A model generated the notes under the pieces. That model did not search any database, was not told where the DNA came from, and saw only the letters and a list, made by a program, of their open reading frames with translations. Position numbers and translations under genes: made by a program. A DNA stretch of 62,731 bases, counting the filler, from Sluysia triapertura (taxonomy: Eukaryota): the NCBI GenBank assembly GCA_046118255.1. It is 4 parts of 4 records of this genome, joined end to end, with 100 filler letters (N's around TTAATTAATTAA, not from the genome) between each part and the next. Parts side by side here need not be neighbours in the genome. Positions count along the whole stretch, not along the records: positions 15,876 to 32,775 come from JBJNIA010196597.1; positions 32,876 to 51,186 come from JBJNIA010158600.1; 2 more parts are not named here. One strand, 5' to 3'. Below are positions 24,201 to 37,485 of the stretch, one piece after another. The number at the start of each line of letters is the position of its first letter. The stretch's first letter is position 1.

Positions 24201-27093
24201 ATATATTCTTTTAGTAAAATTTTACTTCAACTATTGTATTAAAGTTATGATTACAATGGTAATAAATAAATGTCAAGATTGATGGAGAGTTTAAATACAA
24301 CTTATAATAAAATTAAATTAATTATAAAGAGGAGTATTAAATCATTTAAACCCTCAAAAGATAGGCGTAACCAGATGAAAAAATCCAAGATGGATCAATA
24401 AAATCTATTAAGTTATTCGTTTGTAATCCTATAGGTGTGACCACCTTTAAGGTCATAAGTCACTTAGTGCAACCGAAGCCATCAACATTTCTATTTTGAG
24501 GATGAGCAATTTAAAAACCCTCGCAATACAGTTAATATTTCCTTCCATGTAGTATCCTATTTTCTGGACTTTTAGTTTAGTGTCTTGCATCTTATCACCA
24601 CAATTAACTTCGTTTTTATTATTGCTGTTTCATTACTGAAAATAATAAATTTTGACTTTTTCTCGATTTAGTCATTCTAATTATAAAATCATGAAATTTA
24701 TAAGTAATTGAAAATTAACAATAGAAAGATTAGCATCATTTGCTAGAATTCTATTTATATATAAAACAGCGATTTTCAGACCAAATATAATTTTATCATT
24801 GATTTTATGTGAAACTTGCTAATTTTTAGTGAAAAACATAAACATATTTTCAAATCTAAGTCATATGATTCACAATAAACATAGAAATAGAATCAAATAT
24901 ATTAAACATACTAAACAAAATCAAATGAAATGATTCCCATTTCGGAGGCCATTGTTTTTTCCGAAATACCGATAAAATTGCATGTCAATTGAAACCGTTT
25001 TCTCTTTATATGTTGCACATCATAAGTGCTTGTTATTATGCATTTAATTTTAGTGTCGCATTTTCATTCGTAATTTTGGATGCGAACAAACAGGTGTGTT
25101 GTGTTTTTAAAAATTGCTACTTAATGGATTAATGTGCTCCGCAGTTGGTGTTTCATTTACTTTTATAAATTTCACTTTTGTTAGTGAGATTTAATAAGTG
25201 ATGTGACAAATCAGGATGTTTACACGTTATTTACAAGATGTTGAATATAGTAAAAGTTTCAATGATTTATAAACTTTATTCAATTTCGTTAATCTTTATC
25301 TTTTACCTCTTATATTTACCTCGAATCAATTCAATAATTGTGTTTCAAATATAAAAATTATACTGGATAAATATTAAAAAATTTAGGCTTTTCGATTGCT
25401 TCGAGTAATTTATAAAATGTATAATTTCATAATAATTAAGATATACTTGAATATTATTGATTTTAATATTACAATTACCATTACTTGATAATTTTGTAAT
25501 AATTCATGTATTTATAGTTAATGAAATTATTTAGTCATCAATTTAACTAACCGGTTGTATTTCATTTGTAATATAATCACTAGTAACATCCGTAATTGTG
25601 CGTGAATTCCAATAATTACTACCACTACCGCTACCACTAACAATACTGCTAGTTAATTTTCGATTTTGTTGATAGTACTCGACTGACATCACCAAACCAT
25701 AAACTAGTTCACGTAATTTGACTCCAGGTAATATACTACGTTCTGAAAACACATGCAACAGACCTCGCTTTGCTTCGGGAAGTAAATCAGTAATGACTGG
25801 TAATAACTCTTGCTTTAAAAAATAATTACCAAGATAAACAAGAGATTCGACAGCTACAATGCTTTGTGAAAGTGTGTCTGCATTATCATGTATACCAGTA
25901 TATGATGATTGAGATGGTGGCGTGTTATGAAGAGTAATACAAGGATTCAGAAGACTTATTCGGCTATCTAAATGCTAAATAATTATATATTTATATTTAT
26001 AATTATATTTATTTTATAAAGTAACAAAAAATGAATTACTTGATGCAAGTTAAGAATGCAAAATACAATTGCTTGTATAAACCATCGACAAAACCATCCA
26101 CTTCCATTATACCTCAAATTAATTTATAATTGGCAATACAAATTAATACATCAGTATTCTATTCAGTGGTTTCAAGAAATGTCTTCATTACTTCAATAAT
26201 TGCTAATATGTTTCTTGTGTCGTCAACTCTATTATTTTCTTCTACTACATCTACCTTTCAATAATACATTTACTATTCTTGAATTCATAATCTTCGATTT
26301 ACTGCGTACAATTTCTATAATACGTTTTTCTTTAAGCCATCCTAATTTTAATGTTTTGGCAACTTTTCAAGTAATAAAATTAACATATTTCCATCATTTA
26401 ATTATATAAACTTATCACCGTTCTTCAAATTAAATGGAATAGTACTAAGAATGACATTTGTTTATTTTCTGGTATTGTATCTGAATAATGATCTTAATGA
26501 TCCAAATAAAGATCTAAAATCAACTACTTTTATTACAAATTCTCGACAAATAAGTCAAGAATTAAAAATTGCTTTTTTAACGTGTCCAGTTTCGCGAATA
26601 TAGATTTACGTCAGAATAAACTTTTGCTACGTACTATGAACAAACTATAAATTTTTATTTCGAAGTGAAAATTCGACTTTTATAAAAGGATAATCAATAA
26701 TAGAAACATATAAACACAAGTAAGTGAATAGATTTTACATTTTGCTTTAAAAGGCAAAAATCATCAGAACAAAATTTATTTTTATTTCGAAAAAAAATTA
26801 AAATGTAATTTTTTGAATGTTCCTCTTGTGTAAAAAATTGAGTAAAGATAAGAAACCTTGGTTTAATATTAAAAATTGAAATAAGTTTCAAATTAGAAAA
26901 GAGAATCCAAATGAAACAATTTCAATAAATATTCACAATATTTATATTAAAATATATAAACCTGTTGCGCATGATCTCCAGAACTATCATCATCGTGTAA
27001 TATTAGCCGTTCCCAAATCCAGCGAAGTACTATTCCAAGACGATCGTTTGATTGTCGAGGAATTGGAAAATTAATCTCATTGTGCAATTTTAA
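18212..27093 (-). CDS. VPS50: Syndetin/VPS50 (EARP subunit), 3' exons 27093-26962, 25974-25552, 19104-18884, 18497-18212; 5' part absent
   Basis: SIVAVESLVYL, KLRELVYGLV, LDGYGLITSCSQAGRNQMLVDWQ and VEKYIKAYY match the syndetin C-terminal domain ([41 protein letters not shown]); splice phases consistent; start of the first exon less sure. Confidence 0.85.
19908..19974 (+). repeat. 5' part of another tRNA-LTR, ending at the start of the tRNA unit
   Basis: AGGCCTAAAGTGCCATTTAGTACAATTGAC...TGTTAGACGAAGCTGATA aligns to LTR2 AGGCTTAAGGTGCCATTTGGTCAAATTGAC...TGTTAGACGGGGCTGATA. Confidence 0.7.
19975..21790 (+). mobile_element. Decayed RLE-type (R2/NeSL-like) non-LTR retrotransposon, 3' part
   Basis: Fragments YTYLGMKIG, LHPAQKIRAIKIFILSRFSYRFR, DPGGL, FLLKARTNTLP...CESALNVLNH; many stops and frameshifts; boundaries approximate. 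Confidence 0.75.
21791..23960 (+). mobile_element. Second decayed RLE-type non-LTR retrotransposon (RT to zinc knuckle)
   Basis: RPIAILDSTYRIL, FLDLTTAFGSIPHELIW, YGVKxGCSISMTLF, DDIALIS, YLG, CGFERETIAHV...RHN. Confidence 0.8.
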
Positions 27094-28681
27094 CTTAATA
27101 ATATCAGAAAAAATTAACAATAATGTTATAATAGTTTCATTTCACAGTAAATTAACAAAAAAAATAATTTCACTAACTTTAAAAACATTTTATAAGTTTG
27201 AAAACATATATCAAAAAATGTTTATTATTATTATTATCATTATTGAAAACATTAATGTAGCGCTTTAGGTTATAAATATTTGACTGTGCTTAAACGAACT
27301 CTATATATCAGGCAATAACTCCGCTTTATAATTAACTATGCGTACTTTATATTATTTAAACTCTAAAGTTTTGTCTAGGAAATGTAAATCAACATTACAA
27401 AATCTAAATTATTATTAATGTAAATTTCCTTTACTAATTTATTTTACAAGTGATATCTATGCTCTGAAAGTGTAAATTCCAATACTCATACGAGTTATTC
27501 GGGATAGAAGTGCTCAATAATTGATTCAATTAAACTTTTGTTATTATCTCACTATGCCTCGATCAATTTCGTATAATTAAGCTTTAAGATATCTTGTTCT
27601 ACTCTATTAAACTTTATTTTGAGTTATTATAATTCTCTTAAAAGAAAACTTTTATTTTATGTACTTTAATTTTACCTTATAAAATTTTAATTCCAATTTT
27701 ATTTATGTTACTCTACTTCCAACTCCCCTTTTACAATTATCAAATATAAAACTAAATTATAATAATTTTGGTTGTAATCTAATAAAGTCTAGAAATATTA
27801 CGGAGAATATACATTTATTTATTAATTGCGCCTTCAATAATTCTTAATTTAAACAAACGCAAAAGAATATAATTTTGTATTTGAAATTTAATTCAGATCA
27901 CAATGTAATAAAACTTATAATGATTCAATGACAAATGAGGATTATGGCGGATTATTAATCAGAATAAAGAGTTAGAATTGGTTCTATATCTGAATCAGAA
28001 AATTTCGTATTATGAATTGATTCAATTTGATATTATCGACTCCTTGACGGATTTATCGTGACTTTTCACAAAGGTTTTATCGTCATTGTTGTTGCTGCGG
28101 CTGCTGGTGTTTGCTTGATTTTAGTTGTTCTATTCGTCTTATTTATACACTTTTTTAATATATCCATATTATACAAAATAATTATCAATAAAATCTATAT
28201 TGTAAATGTGTTATTAAAAACTGCGCTATGTTAATGCAAATAATTATTTCGGTACATATTATTATATAATTGAATTCAATATACTGCAGTTTTAAGTCGT
28301 GTATTATAACCGAACCTGATATAATTTATTTAATAAAACCGCATTATTATTATAAGAAATTAACTATAGAAAAATTACTATAGAATGAACTGAACATTTA
28401 TTTGTTATAGTGTAATCATAGTAGAAAACACTATAACAAACAAATCTTCAGTCCATTCTATAGTAATTTTTCTATATATTAGGTTGGGTTGAAAATAAAA
28501 CTTTGTGATAGAACTCAGGAAAACTTTGCGTTTGCAGGTGAAATGAAAGAAAATCACAATTTTTAATTTAGAAACTACTCGCTTTAGTGGTATTGACAAC
28601 CACAGCAGACTTATCAAATAATGAGACACACCTAACGCAAATCAATATTGTTTGCAAATATAAACAGTCAAGCAATGATAA

Positions 28682-28948
28682 TTACTCACAGAATATAGGT
28701 ATGTCCTTTTCTAACAAATAGTTACTGCAAAAAGTTGTCACAGTAATCTTGTGAGGCATTGAATTGCGATAATTTACTCCTGTACGAATAAAGCCATCTC
28801 TGGCTTCAAAACCATAAACAGCTTTTGAGGCATCTGTAACCAGTTTTATGCAACGTTCCACTCCGTGAGTGTGGTTCTTGTAATACAAAGTTAGTGGCTC
28901 ATTGCTGAATTTAGTAATATTGATACTTTTGCCTGATGAAGGCGTCAC
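28682..28948 (-). mobile_element. DNA transposase-like C-terminal remnant (superfamily unassigned)
   Basis: HTHGVERCIKLVTDASKAVYGFEARDGFIR resembles an HTQxVERxVKLVTEAS...RDGFIR motif I recall from invertebrate transposase-like ORFs. Confidence 0.55.
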
Positions 28949-31900
28949 ATGTGTCAGATAGCTACTACGTGGTTCTTCAACCAGAACATAATGATCTTCA
29001 ACAGTAGTGTCACCATACTACTTGCCATAACAATTTGGCTATAACAATTTTACTGACATACCGTTTAAAGGTAAGACATTTAACGTAGTTCTTCTTATGG
29101 ATTTCCGAGTAGCCTTTTAATATCAATTATAAAATAGTTCAAGTTAAATTGAAAAACTAAGTCGAGAATTTGGTTTTTACATTCAACATCGATATCATGA
29201 CTTCGAAATAATTGTGCAAAGCAGTATTATAGCACCAAATAATAAGAAGGGAGTTGGATGGACAATGATTTAGGACAAGGATTTCAATTTAAAGGAACAA
29301 TGATAGTGTGCGGGAACACTATCTTTAAGGTTCAATCCAGATAAATTTAAGAGTAGATTAAATTGAACCAAGGATAAGGAAAGTAATGATTGCCATTCAG
29401 AAAACGAAATAAACCTGCCAATTTATTAAAGACTTGGATAACACTATCATTGCCATCTCTTAAAATCTTGAATAAGATAAAATTATTGAGCAAAAAAAAA
29501 TTGCATAAAGATGCCACATTTTGATTATGGCGCGTCTTTAAAATGTTACTCTTTTTAAATTTAAACCTTAAAAATTCAAAATATATATATATAATACTTA
29601 TCAAATGATATATAAAAAATATCATTTATATCAAATAATTTAAAACTAAAAATATAAAATACTAATAATCTAAAATTACACTATTAATAGTGGTAATTAA
29701 CTAATAGCAAAAAGGAATTAAAATAAAATATAATCAAATAATAAGCGTCATATTCAGTTCGATGCTAAATCACCGTAAGTAAGAATTTAAAATTAAATTA
29801 AATTACAAAAATTTTTAACTTAAAATAAAAATAAAATAACGTCTTACTTTTTCGTAGATTATCATTGTGGATTATTAATTTTAGAACTATTACTTTATAC
29901 TTTCTCATTAACGAATGACTCTGTAGTTTTGCAGTCAACATTTTTGAGACTCGAACCGACAATAACAGTTATTACTTGTCGGATTTTATTAATTACATAA
30001 CATAAAAACCTGATTAAATGTCAATCATTATTTTTCCCTACTCTACTCGGTTTATTTTCTCCTAAATTACTTCTCACATTAAATTACTTCTCACAACATA
30101 CACAAAATTAATGAATTTAACTTCAGTTTTCAGAAGTCAACTAATTTTTATTTTTGCACAATCTTCTTTCTAATGAAAAACGTTTAAGGTTCTTTTTATC
30201 AAAAAAGATAATTTTATAAACATTTCAGATTTATTTCCAGATTCTTCTCTTTCAACACAGTCATTTCATATTAAATTTATATCTTTTCATCATTCTAAAT
30301 TTGAAAAATTTAACATTCCAAAATTGAGAATTAAATAAAATTTGACTTTGTTCACTATTAAGGCTTTCTTTGCATTAAGTCAATCAAACTATATATCTTC
30401 TTTTTAAAACTAACACATAATTAAGTTAATTAAAAATTTAATTAGTTTAATTTTAATTCTATTTTATGCTTAAGGTTTTTATTAAAGTTTTTTAGATGGT
30501 TTCACCTTCACCACTCTGATTTCTTATTTCAACTTTCATGCTCATTATTAATGTATCAAATGTATCTTTAATATTAGTAACCATAATTTTATTTCACATT
30601 TATTTTAAAGATTTCAATGACTCTGCAAGATTACTCAAAGGTCTTAAAGGCTTACCAATGTATCAAGGATATTAAAAGATGTTAAGGTTCAAAGTTCAAA
30701 GAAAACTCAACATTTCGAAATATTTTTCAAGGCAATCTTTAGTTTCCACAATGGTTTCAAAACCTTATGAGAGTCTTTGAAACTCCAAGGTATTGCTCAT
30801 TTCCCAAAATTACTACATATGTTTTCCATCTTCATCATTCTTACTCCAACAATGTTTTATTCTGTTTTGTCCATCATTGTGTATCACTTTTTCTTTCATT
30901 TTTCAATTCTTCATCTTCCGTACTCATTTCCTATTTCGCAATTGGTTAAACCCATGAGATTCTTAAAGACTGAAGTTTATCAAATTTTAATAAATAAACA
31001 TTTTGATTTTTAAAGATTTTCTTATTGTGTTATAGTAATAAAATTGAAAATACAGAAGATGTTTTATGATTTTGTACATAATTTTTAAATAATTTTATAT
31101 TTTTCATAAATATATTTCACAAATTTAGTAATACTGTTCGTGTTTAAGCATTCAAAATCGAAACTCATCATTTTATTTCAGTAATTTGTGTTCTTAATAA
31201 ATAGTTTTATAATAAAATTTGAAATCAAATAATTAATTACAGCATAAATCTAAATTGATAATTTTTTATCAGCTAAATAAATCGTTTAACAATAAAAACA
31301 AGCGATTATTTTTGTTTTTCATTTTTATTACATCTAGAGAAGCATTATTTATTAAAAATATCATAACAGATGGTCATTATCATTGTAACTATGTTTTCTA
31401 ATAATTATTTCATAGAAATATGTTTAAATTTAAAGTATGTTTACTAACTGCTTATAGTTTAATAAACAGTTTAAATGTTTTTTCTATTTTCTTTAGATTA
31501 ATTAATGTCTACATTGTTAAATATTTTTACAACTTTGTTTTATTACTAAATAAACAATAATAACAAAATAATAATTCTAAAATTATTATTATATATTATT
31601 AATTAAATAATTAATTTCCTTACGTAATAATATTATATTTGAAATCGGAGATTGCTGAATATTATAAAAACGGAAATGATTATTATGATAATCATTATAA
31701 TGCAGCTGTTCAAAAATAATTAATATTTAGTCAAGTGACTTAAATGGTAAAATAAAAAACGACAGTTTTAAAAATGGTAGATAAAACTGACTATGAGTTA
31801 TCAAACCTTCCCATAAAATGTAAAGTTTCTTTTTATTCAATACCTCAACATATCTATCAATTAGCACGTCAGGTAAAATAAAAATGGGTCTTTATTCAAT

Positions 31901-32775
31901 ACTAGAGTATTAAGAGCTTGAACTTATGATTAACTGGCTAATAACTGAAAACTATCATTTCATTAGAGTCAATTATGTAATTTCTTCAAGTGGAACTTTT
32001 CATGATATTATTTCATTTGTTTTATCACAAGCTTCAATAATTTATTATCAGAATAATTGCCAATTATGCGGTTTCACTAAATATTAAATACTTTCGATAA
32101 CTGGTATTTTTCAAGTCTATATTTGAACATGTAAGTGTTTCCTATGAAATTTCATTTATAAAATAATGTTACTATCTTAAAGTCCGCTTAAAATAATCGA
32201 TTTACATTTCTACGTTCGACGAAACTGTCGGATTTTCAATATAAATAATCAAACTTACACTGGTGACTTCTACGGTACCTTTTGATTTCAGGTTCTCTTA
32301 GGAATTTGTATTTTCAATTATTCAAAGAATATTATTTTTAAGTTTTATTGTTGTGTCTTTAGTAGATGTAGTAATAACAAAATCAACTTAGCTTGGAAAT
32401 CGTAATAAATTTAATAAACAAATTCGAATTAAATTAACACAGTCAGTTTTTATTTTAACAATGATACTAAATAATTTATTTCTTCTTCACTAATTTCGTA
32501 TTAATATCAAACCTATTTTAATTTAACACCAAAATTTAAAACTTAATAAAGATACGAATCCAAATATATTTAGTACAATGCAAAAATAACAATGAGTCAA
32601 TTAAAGTATTATTCATTTATAATCACATGTTAAATAATCATAATTAAAATTATAATTACAAAGTTTTAAGATTCATTTAAATTTTACAATTTTATCTATT
32701 CTATTCAAATTAAATAATATTAAATAATATTCAAATACAAATATTTGGAAATCTCATCTTCTTCAAATCGGTAAG

Positions 32776-32875
32776 NNNNNNNNNNNNNNNNNNNNNNNNN
32801 NNNNNNNNNNNNNNNNNNNTTAATTAATTAANNNNNNNNNNNNNNNNNNNNNNNNNNNNNNNNNNNNNNNNNNNN
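32776..32875. other. Artificial contig linker
   Basis: N-TTAATTAATTAA-N. Confidence 0.97.
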
Positions 32876-33837
32876 TAAAGATCTTTATGCGTTTCTTTTT
32901 AATAACAATAATAACAACAGTACTATTACTGTTGTTACTATTGTTATTATTATCTCTTTTTATTATTATCATTTTTATTATTAAATTCATTTCACAACCA
33001 AATGAATAAAATTTTGTCATTTTTATTTGGTTACCGCCATCATCAGTAATACTTACTTTGATTAAAAATGTCTAGATTTTGACAGTACTGATGATGGCAG
33101 GTATGTTTTATTTACATTAATTTATACACCCAATCAGAGTGATCATCAATAATTACAATTACAAAACTCTGATTGGGCAAGCAACTTTGGGCAGTCACAA
33201 TATCAGAATAGACAAAATCATTTTTTTGAACCAATTAAATCAAATTGTATTTTCAGTTTGACAATTATAATAGCACACAAAATCTCCAATAGCACATCTC
33301 ATTGGAAGATAAAAATAGAACAAAAGCAAAAATTTTTGACAGCTTCTTCACAATTAATTTACTAATTCAATTTATCAATAAAAAGTTTAATGTCAAAATT
33401 GGTTATTATTAGTCTCTTGATGGATTCTCAACCTATACCAAATACTAATCAATTGAGTCGTGTTTTTCAAAATAACTCTATATCATTTTATAGTAATTCA
33501 GATACGTATATCAAAAATAATTTTAGTACATCTAAAACTCATGCTAATGTACAACATGTTAATCAGTTAATTATTTCCAACTCGAAGAAGAATGTTAAGT
33601 ATGTTCCTAACTTGTTTATTTTAGATAATTTTTCAATCCTAAATCCACCAAGTTTATCATTAATATACATATTGAGTCAATTTATTCATTGAGGTGCAAT
33701 CTATTAAGCCAACATTATAAGAAGATCATAATTAAGAATATGAACAAGATACGTAATGTCACATATATTCTTAATGATTTCGTACCTACTAATTCAAATC
33801 AGTCGACTGATCAAAAAAACAAAAATTAGTACAACAG

Positions 33838-34426
33838 TACCCATTGCTATTAATTCGTGCACACGAAAGTTTTAGATTAGAAAACTGTCAAGATAATTCA
33901 TTTAGTTATTTAGAGAAAACAATTAAAGATAGACTTCATACATGTATAGATCACGTATTTGACGTTGTTTGTTCGAACACTATCGATATGTTTAGAGTAC
34001 AATTATTTAGAGATGCTTGTGAACTTAATGAAGAATCATGTTGTAAAGATGTTAGTGCACTGATCAAAGTATCATGTCGTAGAGATACTGATGAACTGTT
34101 TAAGATACAGCTCTACGAAGTCACTTATAAACTGATGGAAGAATCATATCATGAAGATACTAATGGACTGAATGGAGTACAGATTCTTGAAGCTACTAAC
34201 AGGATGATAAAGGAACAGTTCTTCGAGTGTGGATTTTATTCATTTTATACATTTCTGGCTCAACAATCTTTTCTCGGCATTACTGGAGGTAATAATTTAA
34301 CATTTAAATTTACTTATATTAATTGTTATAACTTATATTCGTATATTCTTACTTTTAGTTTCAGTGACTCGATTACCAGTGGAACCGGACCATGGAATAG
34401 GGAGAAATATGAACAAAGCTTTATAA
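33838..34426 (+). CDS. Uncharacterised gene fragment: exon about 33838-34288, intron 34289-34358, short terminal exon
   Basis: Coding-like composition only in the first ~150 codons of the 409-aa ORF; CAG acceptor, GTAATA donor, TTTTAG acceptor, then VSVTRLPVEPDHGIGRNMNKAL*. Confidence 0.45.
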
Positions 34427-36481
34427 AGTACCTTCTAAATTTTATCAATAATTTTGTATTAAAATTTCCAATAAATTATATATCTTCGTGTTATTACATA
34501 CTAATTTTTAATATAATAGAATTAAAAGATAATTATGACAGATCATCGATCTTATATTTTATTATAATTAAAAACATTGATGAACTATTTCTAATCGTAA
34601 TTAGGGTGAATAAGATCGACATCGGTGCTAGTACTCATATTATGAGTATCAAAACAATAAGTAATTCGATAGTCATATGTACAAGAATCAACATCAACAT
34701 TATTATTATTACTTTGTCAGAATATTCCAAACATCATAGTCGTTTGTACAAGAATTCCATTCGCCTTAACAACACACATGTTTTTAATATAATCACGTCT
34801 TTAAAATATAACAAATTAATTCACAAGTGTAACATCTTGACTCATAAGACGTGGTTACATTTCAATAACAAAAACAAGTATAAGCTTTTAGGGTTTAAAT
34901 TCAGTCTGTACCTCTCTTCATTCTGTTATTTAACGCAATCAAACTCATTGTATACTACACTACATTCTTTAATATATAAAACATTAAAAACAACATCATC
35001 AACATTTTCCCCCATATTATTAATGTTACAAGGTTGTGACAATAAGAAGAATCTAAATAATACATTAAATTAAAGTATCAACTGAACTCTTTTGACATAC
35101 TTTCTTTTTTGGTTTTATATTATTTTATAAAAAAATTTCAAAAATGAAAGTACATTATTTTACTACCACTTAAATTTATAATATAAAATTATTGTTAAAG
35201 CTAACAATTTGAACACCTGTATAAAAAAGTCAATATATCAAAGTTTTCAAGTGATCTATGTGTATCACATTATTTGTGATACTTTCTTGGTTTTACTTTT
35301 ATAAATGAAGCTATCAATAATTAGACTTTTTGTCACGGTGTATTGGCTTTCAAATTCCACTTTACGTTTGTACATTTCAAGTCACTTAAACTATACATTT
35401 TTGATTGACATTAGTTTTCAATTTAATTTTTCAACACTGTATAAACAATTCAAATTTTCAAATTTATTACCAATGTATGAAAATAAATACCTAATTGTGA
35501 TTTTACTTTAAAAATTATTTGTTCTTAAATTAAAACTTACTGAATAAAATTGTAGCCAAGAAAAATAGCAAATTGTGATACATTAGACTAAGTATGAACT
35601 CATTTTATTTGAGCAGATTCTTTTATTCCACAATGAAATGACTAAAAGCATAAAATAGCACTGTTGGTTCTTCAGTTATAAATGAGAGAACTTACTTAAC
35701 CGAAAGTTGAATTGGCAATCCAATCAAAATTTCTCTGAAAGTTTTATCAATTTATTTATTACATGATCGATGTAAACCTACTACATCAACGCCAAACCTT
35801 TAGAGACAGAATGACTGGTATTTAAATGAAAAATTGATTAAGATAAACTAATTTCTTCATGACAGTTGTATGCTTTAATAATGTATTTCTGATCTTTACA
35901 TAATTCCAAGAAACCTAATAAGATAAGATTACACTTATTTTGATTTTGTAATTACATTTGATTTATTCCCTACATTTGACAACTGTTGGTGATTCAAATT
36001 TCAAATATTACTAAGGCATATGCGCTTTTGAAATGTATGAAGATAATATATGAAAAAGTACAATACTCAATATCTACATTACCCGCTTTAGCAAATGCAT
36101 TTAATAAAATATATCAATTTTAATTTCTTAGTCAAGCAGCTCATTTTAAAATTTATAATTATTTCTTAAGATCCCAATGAAACATAAGTCAAATATTTAT
36201 TAAAATTTCTTTATGCCACAAATATTGTAATAACAATAAATAAAATTAACACCGATTCAATATTTACATGAAATGCAAATATTAATGACTGACTTAAAAT
36301 ATTACAAAAAGATCTTATTTAATTGCATTTAAACAAAAATCAAATTCAAATATTTCATTAAAAATTCAAAATGTTCATCTTACAACATCATATAAAATCC
36401 AAAAACCAAAGACTTATATTGATCGGTGGTTACAAAATAAACGATAAATATCCTAACACAAGAATTTTATTAATACAAAAT

Positions 36482-37485
36482 TCACGATTCTCCAGCAGTT
36501 TCAACTTTCTTTTTATTTTTCATAGGTTCCGTTAAAACTGCTTTTGCTTGTGCATTCTTAACTTTAAATTCCGACTTATACAAAGTTCCGTCAAATGGCA
36601 AACCACTTAACTTCATTAATCTATTTTTAGTTAACAAAATTGTGCATTTGAATTCGGCAACAAATTCAGTATCCTTTTCGTACATTACAGGCAATGGATC
36701 AATCAAACCATGATTAACGCATTCAGTTACTGCAATTTTTGCTTTAGACTGATCATTGGACGACCGAATATGAAATGGATAACTCATATATCGATTACAA
36801 ACATCGCTGTAAAATTGCCTTGAAGCTTTTAGTTTCAGGTTATAAATATCTGCAGCTATATTTCGTTTATAAACTGTTGTTTTAACATCTCTCTCCTTTA
36901 CTTTACCATCTCTGCTTTAAACTAATACATCAATTGTCCAGACTTGATTAACTTCAAATTCAACATCTTCTAATATTTTTTTCTTTTCCTCTGAAGGATT
37001 CAAAAAGAATGTTTTCGCCGTATCATAAATATCTTTTTGTAAACCATTTACAACACAATTTTCTAATACTTTACAACCGAAATCAGAAGCAATATAATTC
37101 AATGGTTCTGTGAAATCTTTACTATTTTTACCTGGTTTAATTAATCTAATTAATCTAATTAGTTTAATTAATCTAAGTGCAGCTTCAGCGCAATTATGAG
37201 CTGCCAAAATAACATCTCCTTTTTTACCAGTGACTTTATTGGAACTTGTAGCGCCAATTACGAAAGTATGACAAATTATTGCAGCATAATCGTCTACATG
37301 AACACGTAATTGAATTTTAATCAAATCACCATCTAACAAAATATCATCTGAGTTATCAATTAATGGAGAAAAGTTGCAAACTACATTATTCCTCATAATA
37401 CAAGTCGGATATGCAATTCCTTTTTTCATGTCTTTATCTTTTTATATATTTTAGATGATTCTTCTAATATTCTTTCGTCTCCATT
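36482..37485 (-). pseudogene. PA2G4: Proliferation-associated 2G4 (EBP1) pseudogene, 5'-truncated, intronless
   Basis: GDERILEESSKIYK..DMKKGIAYPT, KTTVYKR, YNLKLKASRQF, EFVAEFKCTILL; in-frame TAA at 36917-36919, -1 frameshift at 37439-37443, 9-nt tandem duplications near 37141-37175, conserved Gly changed to Arg/Asp. Confidence 0.88.

Noticed and set aside
27900-28167. Possible VPS50 upstream exon or start
   Set aside because: Stops in all frames I tried and no homology
34427-35073. Rest of the 409-aa ORF
   Set aside because: I/N/K/Y-rich read-through beyond the predicted splice and stop
36917-36919. TAA read-through or alternative genetic code in PA2G4
   Set aside because: Independent frameshift and missense lesions indicate a pseudogene; LARP7 and VPS50 end in TAA normally
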